A stretch of DNA of 64,000 nt. Origin: Candidatus Latescibacterota bacterium. GTDB lineage: Bacteria; Latescibacterota; UBA2968. The DNA is taken from positions 2,592,001 through 2,656,000 of the forward strand of contig OZ242311.1 in the NCBI GenBank assembly GCA_965207885.1. Reading direction: 5' to 3'. Under the pieces are notes generated by a model, which saw nothing but the letters and a program-made list of their open reading frames with translations, searched no databases and was not told where the DNA came from. This document shows, in pieces, positions 29,482-37,628 of the stretch (positions are counted from its first letter, which is position 1; each line of letters opens with the position of its first letter). The position numbers and the translations under genes were made by a program.

Positions 29482-30183
29482 TCAATCACCGACTATCTTA
29501 TTCTTTCTAAGAATCGGAAATTCGGCACCTTTCATTCCGGTGTCTGTCAAATATGTAAGGTTGCAATGATGATACGCACAGATATAGCTTCTACGTAATT
29601 TATCAGATGAATTGGAGCCGCTTCTATGTAGAACATGCGAATGAAAAATAGCGATTTCACCTGCGTGCATTTCGATGGGGACCTGATTTTTATCATCCAC
29701 ATCTTGCGCGAACCGACCTGCGTAGAATGTTTCCGTTTCTCTCAAGAATACATGATCAAGTCGTCCCCATTTGTGTGAGCCTGGTATCACCCATAGACAT
29801 CCATTGCGGATAGTAACAACATCAAGGGCAACCCAACACGTGATGTAATTTTCAGGCTCTGTCAGACCGTACTGAGCATCTTGATGCCAATGAAATTCTT
29901 TGCCTTGAAACGGAGGTTTATGAGCTATCAAATTCCAATGAAGATCAGCATTGGGCCCAATCAGTTTCTTACAAGCTTCGACAAAGAGAGGTTGTTTTAC
30001 GAACTCTGCAAATAGATCACTCTCCAAATGAGGATTACGTTGAAACCATTTGGGGTTGTCTGTGTTATATTTTTCACATTCCGACGTCAACTTATTGAGC
30101 CACTCACCTGTGACTTTTTGTCCAGCAACGAAAAACCCTTTCTCATCAAAGTCACGAAGATTACGGCTGGTTATGATATCCAT
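29482..30183 (-). CDS. PhyH-family dioxygenase
   Basis: WHQD, WVALD, NGCLWVIPGSH, HRSGSN. Confidence 0.93.
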   Translation of the reverse strand: MDIITSRNLRDFDEKGFFVAGQKVTGEWLNKLTSECEKYNTDNPKWFQRNPHLESDLFAEFVKQPLFVEACKKLIGPNADLHWNLIAHKPPFQGKEFHWHQDAQYGLTEPENYITCWVALDVVTIRNGCLWVIPGSHKWGRLDHVFLRETETFYAGRFAQDVDDKNQVPIEMHAGEIAIFHSHVLHRSGSNSSDKLRRSYICAYHHCNLTYLTDTGMKGAEFPILRKNKIVGD

Positions 30184-30229
30184 TTTGGCCTCGCCTCCCT
30201 CAACCTGGTTTATCTATGAAATAGTCTGT

Positions 30230-30259
30230 GCAATCCGAATCGTATATACTATGTTAGGC
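30230..30259 (-). other. attC-like left half-site (R'' GCCTAAC)
   Basis: Perfect RYYYAAC shortly after the MFS stop. Confidence 0.55.
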
Positions 30260-30275
30260 GCCTCGCAGACCCAGA

Positions 30276-31514
30276 TCATGGTTTTTTGTCTTCGATACTA
30301 ACAATAGATGGAATCATCCGAGCAGAAGTTCCGAGAATGAGGGTCAGTACTCCCGCCGCTAAAAACCACGGCTGCGGGCCAAATACATCGGTTACGGGAC
30401 CTATCACGATGAGCCCAAGCATAGTTGTAAATTGCACGGAACTATGAAGAGCGCCAAATACACGGCCTTGTAGATGGGGATCGACATTGGCCTGAAGGAG
30501 TGCGCGGAGAGGCGCGTTAATTAGCGAGCTACCGACGCCGCTTAAAGCTATGCCCGTGATGGCTAAAGCAAAGCGGGTATGAGGGGCGATACCTACGAGT
30601 ATTGTTCCAATGCCATATACAATCCAGCCGAAGATCGTCGTCATGATTCGGCGACGGAATCCACCCCAGGCCCCGATCAGAAGACCTCCCAGGACAATGC
30701 CCACTCCCCAGGCAGAATTAAACCAACCAAGTTCGGTAGCACCTCCATTGAAGTGATCTGTTATCAAGAGAGGCGAGATGGTCATCTTCGTGTTCCCAAA
30801 TATGTTTAATACGGCAGCAATTAAGATTAAGTTCCGAAGACCAATCCATCTCCACAAATAACGAAATCCTTCCAGCATATCAACCCAGATGCCAACTCCC
30901 TGGCTTTGCTTTTCCTCCATCCTTTTGGGCTGTGGAATCATAATGAAGATGAGGGGACAGATAGCCAGCATTGCCGTCAAAACATCGAGGGCCAATATGA
31001 TATGCATCTCGAATAAGGCCAGTGCCAGTGCTCCAAGGGGAGGCCCTCCCATGCTGAGTACTCCATGCAGGGTTTGGTTCGTCCCCTGGATTCTGGCCAG
31101 ATGTTTTTCTGGCACCATCAGAGGCGTGGCAGTTATCATCGCCAGGCCCTGGAATGCACGGCCAATACTCGCCAGGAAGTTTACTGCGTAGATATGCCAG
31201 ATCTCGATAATTTCCATCCAGAAAAGACCTGCCAGACCGGCCATGGCTATCGCGACAAGCGTATCCGAGACGAGCATTACAATTCGGCGGTTCCATCTAT
31301 CATTCAGTGTGCCAATGATAGGAGCCAGGAAGACTTCTGGCAGATAGGCGACAAGGACTGAGGTCGCGAGAATGGTCGCAGATCCTGTCTCTTCCGTAAG
31401 CCACCACACCAGGGCAAACTGTGCAACTTGAGTTCCAAGAGACGACAGCGTTTGTCCGGTCCAGATGGTAAAGAAGCCGCCAGCCCATGAACCATCTCTA
31501 TTCAGACGAATCAA
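30276..31514 (-). CDS. MFS transporter, DHA3/Mef-like
   Basis: IWTGQTLS, GTLNDRWNRR, QGRVFG. Confidence 0.9.
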   Translation of the reverse strand: MIRLNRDGSWAGGFFTIWTGQTLSSLGTQVAQFALVWWLTEETGSATILATSVLVAYLPEVFLAPIIGTLNDRWNRRIVMLVSDTLVAIAMAGLAGLFWMEIIEIWHIYAVNFLASIGRAFQGLAMITATPLMVPEKHLARIQGTNQTLHGVLSMGGPPLGALALALFEMHIILALDVLTAMLAICPLIFIMIPQPKRMEEKQSQGVGIWVDMLEGFRYLWRWIGLRNLILIAAVLNIFGNTKMTISPLLITDHFNGGATELGWFNSAWGVGIVLGGLLIGAWGGFRRRIMTTIFGWIVYGIGTILVGIAPHTRFALAITGIALSGVGSSLINAPLRALLQANVDPHLQGRVFGALHSSVQFTTMLGLIVIGPVTDVFGPQPWFLAAGVLTLILGTSARMIPSIVSIEDKKP

Positions 31515-32099
31515 TCATCTCTCCTTTTTATCTGAATCGGCAAGAAAGAACGTTCCCCTCTTTTTGAATCTAAAACTCTCATCGGGTACGACGAACGCCA
31601 GTTTATCACACAAAAAAGAGCCAGACGGAGCTGAATTTTGGAGCCGTACACAAAGCTCAAGGCTCTCGTCTATGGAGATGAACTCAGCAATGGTCATGTG
31701 CGGAGCTATGTTGCGCCTGTGATACGCTTCGCCGGAAAATGCCGATGTACTGTGGAGGATCTGCTTTAAATTATCGATAGGCTCTCGTGGCCTTATCGGA
31801 TACGAGACGCCAGGGTGCCTGGTTGAGGCATGCGGCTTGTCGTAATGAAGCGTGAATGGCTGGACATCCGTAAGGACGTTGTTGATTTCATCGATAAGAT
31901 CAGGTGTCATTTCCCGACCCAAGGGATCTGACAAAGAGATGTGCGTCGGGCAGGAGGCAGCTGAGCGGGGATCATACTTTGCTCGCAAGAGGTCGATATC
32001 CTGAGATACCTCTGGAGGGGGCATGATAAGGATGAGGCCAAATCGGTAGTCGCGTTGCCAATCTTCCCACTTTGATGTGTCTTTTACGTATGGAATCAG
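31515..32099 (-). CDS. 2'-5' RNA ligase-like 2H phosphoesterase, duplicate of 36101-36691 with ATG changed to CTG
   Basis: HISL and HMTI motifs; near-identical DNA to the other copy. Confidence 0.8.
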   Translation of the reverse strand: MIPYVKDTSKWEDWQRDYRFGLILIMPPPEVSQDIDLLRAKYDPRSAASCPTHISLSDPLGREMTPDLIDEINNVLTDVQPFTLHYDKPHASTRHPGVSYPIRPREPIDNLKQILHSTSAFSGEAYHRRNIAPHMTIAEFISIDESLELCVRLQNSAPSGSFLCDKLAFVVPDESFRFKKRGTFFLADSDKKER

Positions 32100-32131
32100 G
32101 AGGAACTCCCACGGGGTGATAGCATCGACGT

Positions 32132-32239
32132 GTTAGCCGTTCGTGACGCGTCTTCTATTTGCGCCGCTGATCAGCAATATACTCACGTAGCTTCTCGATC
32201 GCGGGAGAATCCACATCCCGAAGCGGCATGACGGCTAAC
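32132..32239 (-). pseudogene. emptied copy of the nucleotidyltransferase cassette (both ends and last about 20 codons retained)
   Basis: GTTAGCCGT...DVDSPAIEKLREYIADQRRK*...ACGGCTAAC; matches 36724-36812 and 37343-37362. Confidence 0.88.
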
Positions 32240-32390
32240 GTCTTTGACTTAAGAAAAAAATACCTGGCTTCGGTTTATACCCCATTTTTCGATTTACAGC
32301 AAGTATTCGTTCATTATTGGAATCATTATAAGCTGTAGATCCATTTGTCCCGATGTAAGAGAAATACAGACCGCTCGGGCAACATGCGGT
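32240..32390 (-). pseudogene. fragment X fused to a GNAT-like 3' tail (tail also at 37363-37439)
   Basis: NERILAVNRKMGYKPKPG resembles a GNAT C-terminus; DNA matches 37363-37439. Confidence 0.75.
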
Positions 32391-32412
32391 CCTTAAATTC
32401 GCCTCTACCTGG

Positions 32413-32880
32413 TCAGGGCGGTACACGCTCCGCCTCCTCAAAACCTAACCGGTGGAGAAGCCGGACAGACCGTTTGTTTGCAACAACGCATCTGGCTTCA
32501 ATTTCGCCGAGGTCCAAATCTTCAAAACCTACCTGCAGGATGCTCCGGACAGCCTCTGACGCAAAGCCCTGACCCCAATAAATGGGCGACAATTCGTAGC
32601 CTATGTCGCCCCGTCGGCTCTCAATACTTTCTGTGCGTATTCCGCAGTTACCGAGTAATACCCCATTTGAGCGGTCCGTGATGGCGAACTGGAACTTGCA
32701 TCTTGGATTTTTTTTGGACCATGCGATGCACTTATCTACAAATCGGACACACTCCTCTCTGGTGTAGGCGGGCCGATAGTAGTATTCCAGATACCTCGGG
32801 TCCCTCCTGAACTCAGCGATGGCGTCCACGTCTTGTTTGGTGAACTCTCTCAGGAGCAGGCGTTCAGTCAGCTTTTCCAT
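32413..32880 (-). CDS. GNAT acetyltransferase, RimJ/RimL type (C-terminus possibly truncated)
   Basis: TERLLLREF, YWGQGFASEA, NKRSVRLLHRLGF. Confidence 0.85.
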   Translation of the reverse strand: MEKLTERLLLREFTKQDVDAIAEFRRDPRYLEYYYRPAYTREECVRFVDKCIAWSKKNPRCKFQFAITDRSNGVLLGNCGIRTESIESRRGDIGYELSPIYWGQGFASEAVRSILQVGFEDLDLGEIEARCVVANKRSVRLLHRLGFEEAERVPP

Positions 32881-32899
32881 ATAGAAAGGCCATTCTGAA

Positions 32900-33424
32900 T
32901 TACGTTTGGAGCCGTTGAAAGGCTTTAAGAGTTGACGGATCAGTGACTATTTTCCTTGCGGCTTCAATAGTCAACCATTTGGTAGCATAGAATTCCTGTA
33001 GATCAACGTTGAAATTGCTGCCATCTGTAAGAAGCAAATACCAGATGTCATAATGAGACTGACAGGGTTGCACGGGATTTTCTATTGGTGTAATGGTCAA
33101 CAAAAACGGTTGTGGTTCGGATTTAAAAAAGCGCCATATTCCCAATTCTTCACCTATCTCACGGTTCAAAGCTGCCAAAAGCGTCTCGTCTTTATCTACA
33201 TGGCCACCAGGAGAAAGCCAGAGGCCAGACTTTTTATGGTGGATGACAAATACCTTTTTGCTCTGGGAATCATAGGGCAGAAAATAGACACAAAAGTGGG
33301 TCTCCGGATTTTCATCTCGCGTTGGTTTTCCTTCTTTCACTCTTTGTTTATAGCGACTATAGGTTTCCCCACTGTCACATATATCACGGTTGATAACTTT
33401 TGCAATTGATTCTTGTGTTTTCAT
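32900..33424 (-). CDS. NUDIX hydrolase
   Basis: PGGHVDKDE......REIGEELG Nudix box. Confidence 0.92.
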   Translation of the reverse strand: MKTQESIAKVINRDICDSGETYSRYKQRVKEGKPTRDENPETHFCVYFLPYDSQSKKVFVIHHKKSGLWLSPGGHVDKDETLLAALNREIGEELGIWRFFKSEPQPFLLTITPIENPVQPCQSHYDIWYLLLTDGSNFNVDLQEFYATKWLTIEAARKIVTDPSTLKAFQRLQT

Positions 33425-33474
33425 ATTGGAGTTTCCCAGATACTGTTTCTTTAGTTTTGCCTGTTTTGCTGTCT

Positions 33475-34275
33475 TTACTTGGTTATCGACCAGTAGGTAT
33501 TGGTGATATGTGGTGAACCCGCGTAGGGTTTGCCGTCGTGGCTCCCGTATAATTTCCATTGGTCAAATCCGCTCAATCTCAGTAGTAACTGAAATTCTTC
33601 CTTGTGAATCCAGCGAGTCTGCATTGGCACTTTGGCCGTTTCCCCGTCATACTCAAATGTCCAGGTATAGGTTTCCGTCTGCGATGTCAGATCACATATT
33701 TTTGAATAATTAACCTGAATCGGTTTCCCTGTCTCGGGGTGCATGCACTCACCGAACTCCTCCTCTGCTGGCGGGATGTTTTGGTGAAGGAGTATGTCTT
33801 CTGTATAGGAGGGAATGTAGAAGTTCAGGAGTAGGCGTCCTCCTGGCTGCAGGTGCTCATAGACACGTCGAAGGCAGTCTATTTGGCTTTGCTGAGTTGG
33901 CAGCATCATGAAGGAACTGGCAGGTATGAGAACCGCTGCAAATTGGCGGTCGTAGATAAAATTGGCAAGATCCTGTTGTGAGATTCGAGAATCTATATCT
34001 GAAATTCCCAAATTTATTGCTTTGTGTCTGAGCACTTCCAACATGGGGAGCGAAATATCAAACCCAAAGATATCAAACCCATCCAGCAGCAGAGGCAGCA
34101 TTTTACAACCCGTTCCACAGGCAGCCTCCAATATCGCACCGCGCGTGTTCTGCAATTGATTTCGGTAAAAATGTAATTCCCGTTCATTTAGTGCAGAGCG
34201 GCCACCAGTCTCGTTCCATTGGTCATAGATTAGCGCCCACCAATGGGTATCATAGTTACTTCCAGTCTCTTGCAT
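33475..34275 (-). CDS. class I SAM-dependent methyltransferase
   Basis: ILEAACGTG, GFDIS, LQPGGRL. Confidence 0.9.
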   Translation of the reverse strand: MQETGSNYDTHWWALIYDQWNETGGRSALNERELHFYRNQLQNTRGAILEAACGTGCKMLPLLLDGFDIFGFDISLPMLEVLRHKAINLGISDIDSRISQQDLANFIYDRQFAAVLIPASSFMMLPTQQSQIDCLRRVYEHLQPGGRLLLNFYIPSYTEDILLHQNIPPAEEEFGECMHPETGKPIQVNYSKICDLTSQTETYTWTFEYDGETAKVPMQTRWIHKEEFQLLLRLSGFDQWKLYGSHDGKPYAGSPHITNTYWSITK

Positions 34276-34352
34276 GAGTAACCCTATGCAAAGATAGGTT
34301 TTGTTTTTTCGTTATATACAGTTTTTATATAGTCGGGTTTTCTCTTTATTTT

Positions 34353-34925
34353 TCAGTCATTTAATGAAATCTTTAAGTTTATTGCTGCCAGCAAACCTCC
34401 ATAGTCAATCGACTTGAAGTCTGTAGTATCAATCTCAAAGATAGAGCCGCCTATGTCCAACGCCTTATACTTTTCATTTATCAGAAATTCGTCGAATTGG
34501 TCGGACGTTACCAAATGATCTGTATGGCCGGGATGGCGCTCCCCAGATTCAGACCGCGCTTTGAATCTCTTAAAGAGCACACCAGCATCGGTTTTGCACA
34601 GGATCTGGAATGGTTCAAAGTCATGTCTCTTTTTTAATTCCAGGAGTTTTGGCGTATCAAACTTGGGAATAAATGCTGTGTCAACAATAAGCGATCTTCC
34701 CGCTTCAACTTGAGTTTTCAGGAAAAAATGCAAAAGTGCCCAACTGGCATGGATTAACCCTACACGAAATTCCCTATCTTCCCAGCCAAGGGTGTCGAAG
34801 AGGACTTCCTTAATGCCATCCTTGCTCAGAAAGGGCAGGCAGAGTTGCTTAGCCAGTTTTCTTCCTAATGTTGTTTTGCCAGTACACGGAGCACCGTTAA
34901 TAATAATAAGCAAAGATTTTGTCAT
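34353..34925 (-). CDS. P-loop kinase (AAA_33-like)
   Basis: GAPCTGKTT Walker A, SKDGIKE, RHPGH. Confidence 0.88.
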   Translation of the reverse strand: MTKSLLIIINGAPCTGKTTLGRKLAKQLCLPFLSKDGIKEVLFDTLGWEDREFRVGLIHASWALLHFFLKTQVEAGRSLIVDTAFIPKFDTPKLLELKKRHDFEPFQILCKTDAGVLFKRFKARSESGERHPGHTDHLVTSDQFDEFLINEKYKALDIGGSIFEIDTTDFKSIDYGGLLAAINLKISLND

Positions 34926-34932
34926 TCGTCGA

Positions 34933-35058
34933 GAGTTCTCCATTCATATACACTTAATATTTGGTCAGGTTGAGAATGACTTGTCCTCAGTCTCTTTAAA
35001 AGGTCTGCTTCAAGTTTAGGGTATCCTTAACAAATCGGTTCAGTAGTCCGTATCATGC
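34933..35058 (-). repeat. R1 repeat, copy b (longest)
   Basis: Matches copies a and c; also supplies the stop codon of the upstream GNAT. Confidence 0.9.
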
Positions 35059-35591
35059 CTGGATTCAAATTCTGTGCGCAAAATCCCGAATAAGAGCCTA
35101 TCCCAACGTCGGTTGGCCCAATAGATAGCCTCGCGCTCGCACCCTTCCTGAGTAAACCCGAGTTTTTCGAGAACTCGGATGGCACCTGTATTATTGGAGG
35201 CTGTCACAGCCGAAATCCTGTACAGGTCCAAATGCTCAAACCCAAATTGAAGGATTACCTGTGCGGCATCTGTGCAGTACCCCTTGCCTCTATCCCTCCT
35301 GCGGGCAATGCCAGCACCGAGGCTGGCGGTACGATTTCTCAAGTCGATTTCCGATAACTGAATATCGCCAAGGAGATTTCCATCTGGACTGAAGATGCCC
35401 AGGTAAATTTGAGTTTTTCCTTGTTGCTCTTGGATCTCCTCAAACCATTTGTCCGATCCCTCGAGTGAATGACCAGGTCTGACGGGTTCAGTCGGAATTG
35501 GATCCTCGAGTTCATAATGTTCCCAAAGGGTGCGACAATGCTCGCGTTCCATTGTCCGCAATACCACTTTTTTACCACGTAGCTCAATCAT
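35040..35591 (-). CDS. GNAT acetyltransferase, RimJ/RimL type
   Basis: RGKGYCTDA, NTGAIRVLEKLGFTQEG. Confidence 0.9.
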   Translation of the reverse strand: MIELRGKKVVLRTMEREHCRTLWEHYELEDPIPTEPVRPGHSLEGSDKWFEEIQEQQGKTQIYLGIFSPDGNLLGDIQLSEIDLRNRTASLGAGIARRRDRGKGYCTDAAQVILQFGFEHLDLYRISAVTASNNTGAIRVLEKLGFTQEGCEREAIYWANRRWDRLLFGILRTEFESRHDTDY

Positions 35592-35619
35592 GAGAGATAA
35601 CCTCGTGATTTACCAGATC

Positions 35620-36078
35620 TCATATCCTCTTTTCAAAAAAAACCACATCAAACCCGGATATCCTTTGCCGTTCAATTTCACAATATCCATTCTTTTCATA
35701 TAGTTTGCGAGCCGCAATCTGCTGCACTGTTGTATCCAGGCAGAGTATTTTATAACCCAGATCATTTGCTCTCATCTCAAGTCTATTCAGAATCGTCTGA
35801 CCAAACCCTCGTCTTTGAAAATTGGGATGGACGCGCATTCTTTTAATTTCTGCCTTATCATCTGAAATTCGTTGCAAAGCACCTATTGCAACCAATTTCT
35901 CTTTGCAAAATCCTGTCAAAAACTCGCCTTTGTCAGATAGATATGTCTCTTCAATAGTATGCAGGTCATTGTCCTGAGCGCCGCTACCTGCATTCGCTCC
36001 AACCTGATCCAGTGCTAAGTTGTGTAGATTCCAGACTTCATTGTGGTCAGAAGCCCGATAACGACGAATTTTCAACAT
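35620..36078 (-). CDS. GNAT acetyltransferase
   Basis: AEIKRMRVHPNFQRRGFG, ARKLYEKNGY; AGGGAG RBS. Confidence 0.92.
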   Translation of the reverse strand: MLKIRRYRASDHNEVWNLHNLALDQVGANAGSGAQDNDLHTIEETYLSDKGEFLTGFCKEKLVAIGALQRISDDKAEIKRMRVHPNFQRRGFGQTILNRLEMRANDLGYKILCLDTTVQQIAARKLYEKNGYCEIERQRISGFDVVFFEKRI

Positions 36079-36100
36079 GGATATCTCCCTTGCGAAATTC

Positions 36101-36691
36101 CTAAGAAGTACTTGCGTTTTTACCTGAATCGGCAAGAAAGAACGTTCCCCTCTTTTTGAATCTAAAACTCTCATCGGGTACGACGAACGCCAGTTTATCA
36201 CACAAAAAAGAGCCAGACGGAGCTGAATTTTGGAGCCGTACACAAAGCTCAAGGCTCTCGTCTATGGAGATGAACTCAGCAATGGTCATGTGCGGAGCTA
36301 TGTTGCGCCTGTGATACGCTTCGCCGGAAAATGCCGATGTACTGTGGAGGATCTGCTTTAAATTATCGATAGGCTCTCGTGGCCTTATCGGATACGAGAC
36401 GCCAGGGTGCCTGGTTGAGGCATGCGGCTTGTCGTAATGAAGCGTGAATGGCTGGACATCCGTAAGGACGTTGTTGATTTCATCGATAAGATCAGGTGTC
36501 ATTTCCCGACTCAAGGGATCTGACAAAGAGATGTGCGTCGAACAGGAGTCAGCAGAGCGGGGATCATACTTTGCTCGCAAGAGGTCAATCTCATGGGAGA
36601 CTTCTGGAGAGGGCATTATAAGGATGAGGCCAAATCGGTAGTCGCGTTGCCAATCTTCCCACTTTGATGTGTCTTTTACGTATGGAATCAT
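36101..36691 (-). CDS. 2'-5' RNA ligase-like 2H phosphoesterase
   Basis: Two HxS/T motifs (HISL, HMTI). Confidence 0.85.
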   Translation of the reverse strand: MIPYVKDTSKWEDWQRDYRFGLILIMPSPEVSHEIDLLRAKYDPRSADSCSTHISLSDPLSREMTPDLIDEINNVLTDVQPFTLHYDKPHASTRHPGVSYPIRPREPIDNLKQILHSTSAFSGEAYHRRNIAPHMTIAEFISIDESLELCVRLQNSAPSGSFLCDKLAFVVPDESFRFKKRGTFFLADSGKNASTS

Positions 36692-36746
36692 GAGGAACTC
36701 TCACGAGGTGATAGCATTGACGTGTTAGCCGTTCGTGACGTTTCTT

Positions 36747-37304
36747 CTATTTGCGCCGCTGATCAGCAATATACTCATGTAGCTTCTCGATCGCGGGGGA
36801 ATCCACATCCCGCAGAGGTGCACCAGCCGGGTGTTTGTGGAAATTTACCTTTTCGTCCAGTTGGGCTTCAGCGCTGAGGATCGGACAGGTCAGGTCACCC
36901 AGTCGGCCTTCAGGTGCAGAGAAAGCGCCTTGTGGATACGGCCAATCGGTCCACCGGCCAGAGGTAACAATATCTCCCGATTGGGTCTTTTCGAGAAGCC
37001 CAAAACTGACAAACTGATCAAGTTTGTAGAAGCCAATGTGTTCTTCGGGATGCCGTAGCTCCTTGCGACTATACCCCAGGGCTTCGAGGCAGGTGCTTAC
37101 TGTAGGGGCATCTGTTTTCCAAATTGCCCAGTCTATGTCGCTGTGGACCCGCAAGCTTTCGCCTAACAGAAAATCCAAAGCCCACCCACCACCCAACCAG
37201 TGCGGAATAGAACGAGCTGTCAATACCTCATGAATTTCTCTGATCAGCCCAAGCTGGATGGGATTCGGATCTTCCAGACATCCGCGAATTATAATTTTAG
37301 ACAT
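36747..37304 (-). CDS. ANT(2'')/Lnu-like nucleotidyltransferase in a cassette-like unit
   Basis: GGWALDFLLG...RVHSDID; flanked by (A)TTAGCCGT (37356-37362) and ACGGCTAAC (36724-36732). Confidence 0.8.
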   Translation of the reverse strand: MSKIIIRGCLEDPNPIQLGLIREIHEVLTARSIPHWLGGGWALDFLLGESLRVHSDIDWAIWKTDAPTVSTCLEALGYSRKELRHPEEHIGFYKLDQFVSFGLLEKTQSGDIVTSGRWTDWPYPQGAFSAPEGRLGDLTCPILSAEAQLDEKVNFHKHPAGAPLRDVDSPAIEKLHEYIADQRRK

Positions 37305-37323
37305 GGATCAAACTCATAGGAAA

Positions 37324-37353
37324 CATGCCGCTTCAGTGTTCTGAAGCGGCATG
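37324..37353. promoter_or_regulatory. perfect 13-bp hairpin in the cassette leader
   Basis: CATGCCGCTTCAG-TGTT-CTGAAGCGGCATG. Confidence 0.7.
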
Positions 37354-37628
37354 ACGGCTAATGTCTTCGAGTTAAGAAAAAATACTTGGCTTTGGTTTAT
37401 ACCCCATTTTTCGATTTACAGCAAGTATTCGTTCATTATATGAAAAATTACCCATATTAGATTCTCAATAAGGCTTTTGCATCCTCCCATTGAATTTGCA
37501 AATTCGTTCGCTAATGATTCTAAGTAAGGTAGGTATCTCTGAAAGTGATTTGATATGGGATCTGACACACGACAACTCAGGACATGAAGTATGGAACATT
37601 ACTGTCCAACAATGTCTATTCGTCAGAT

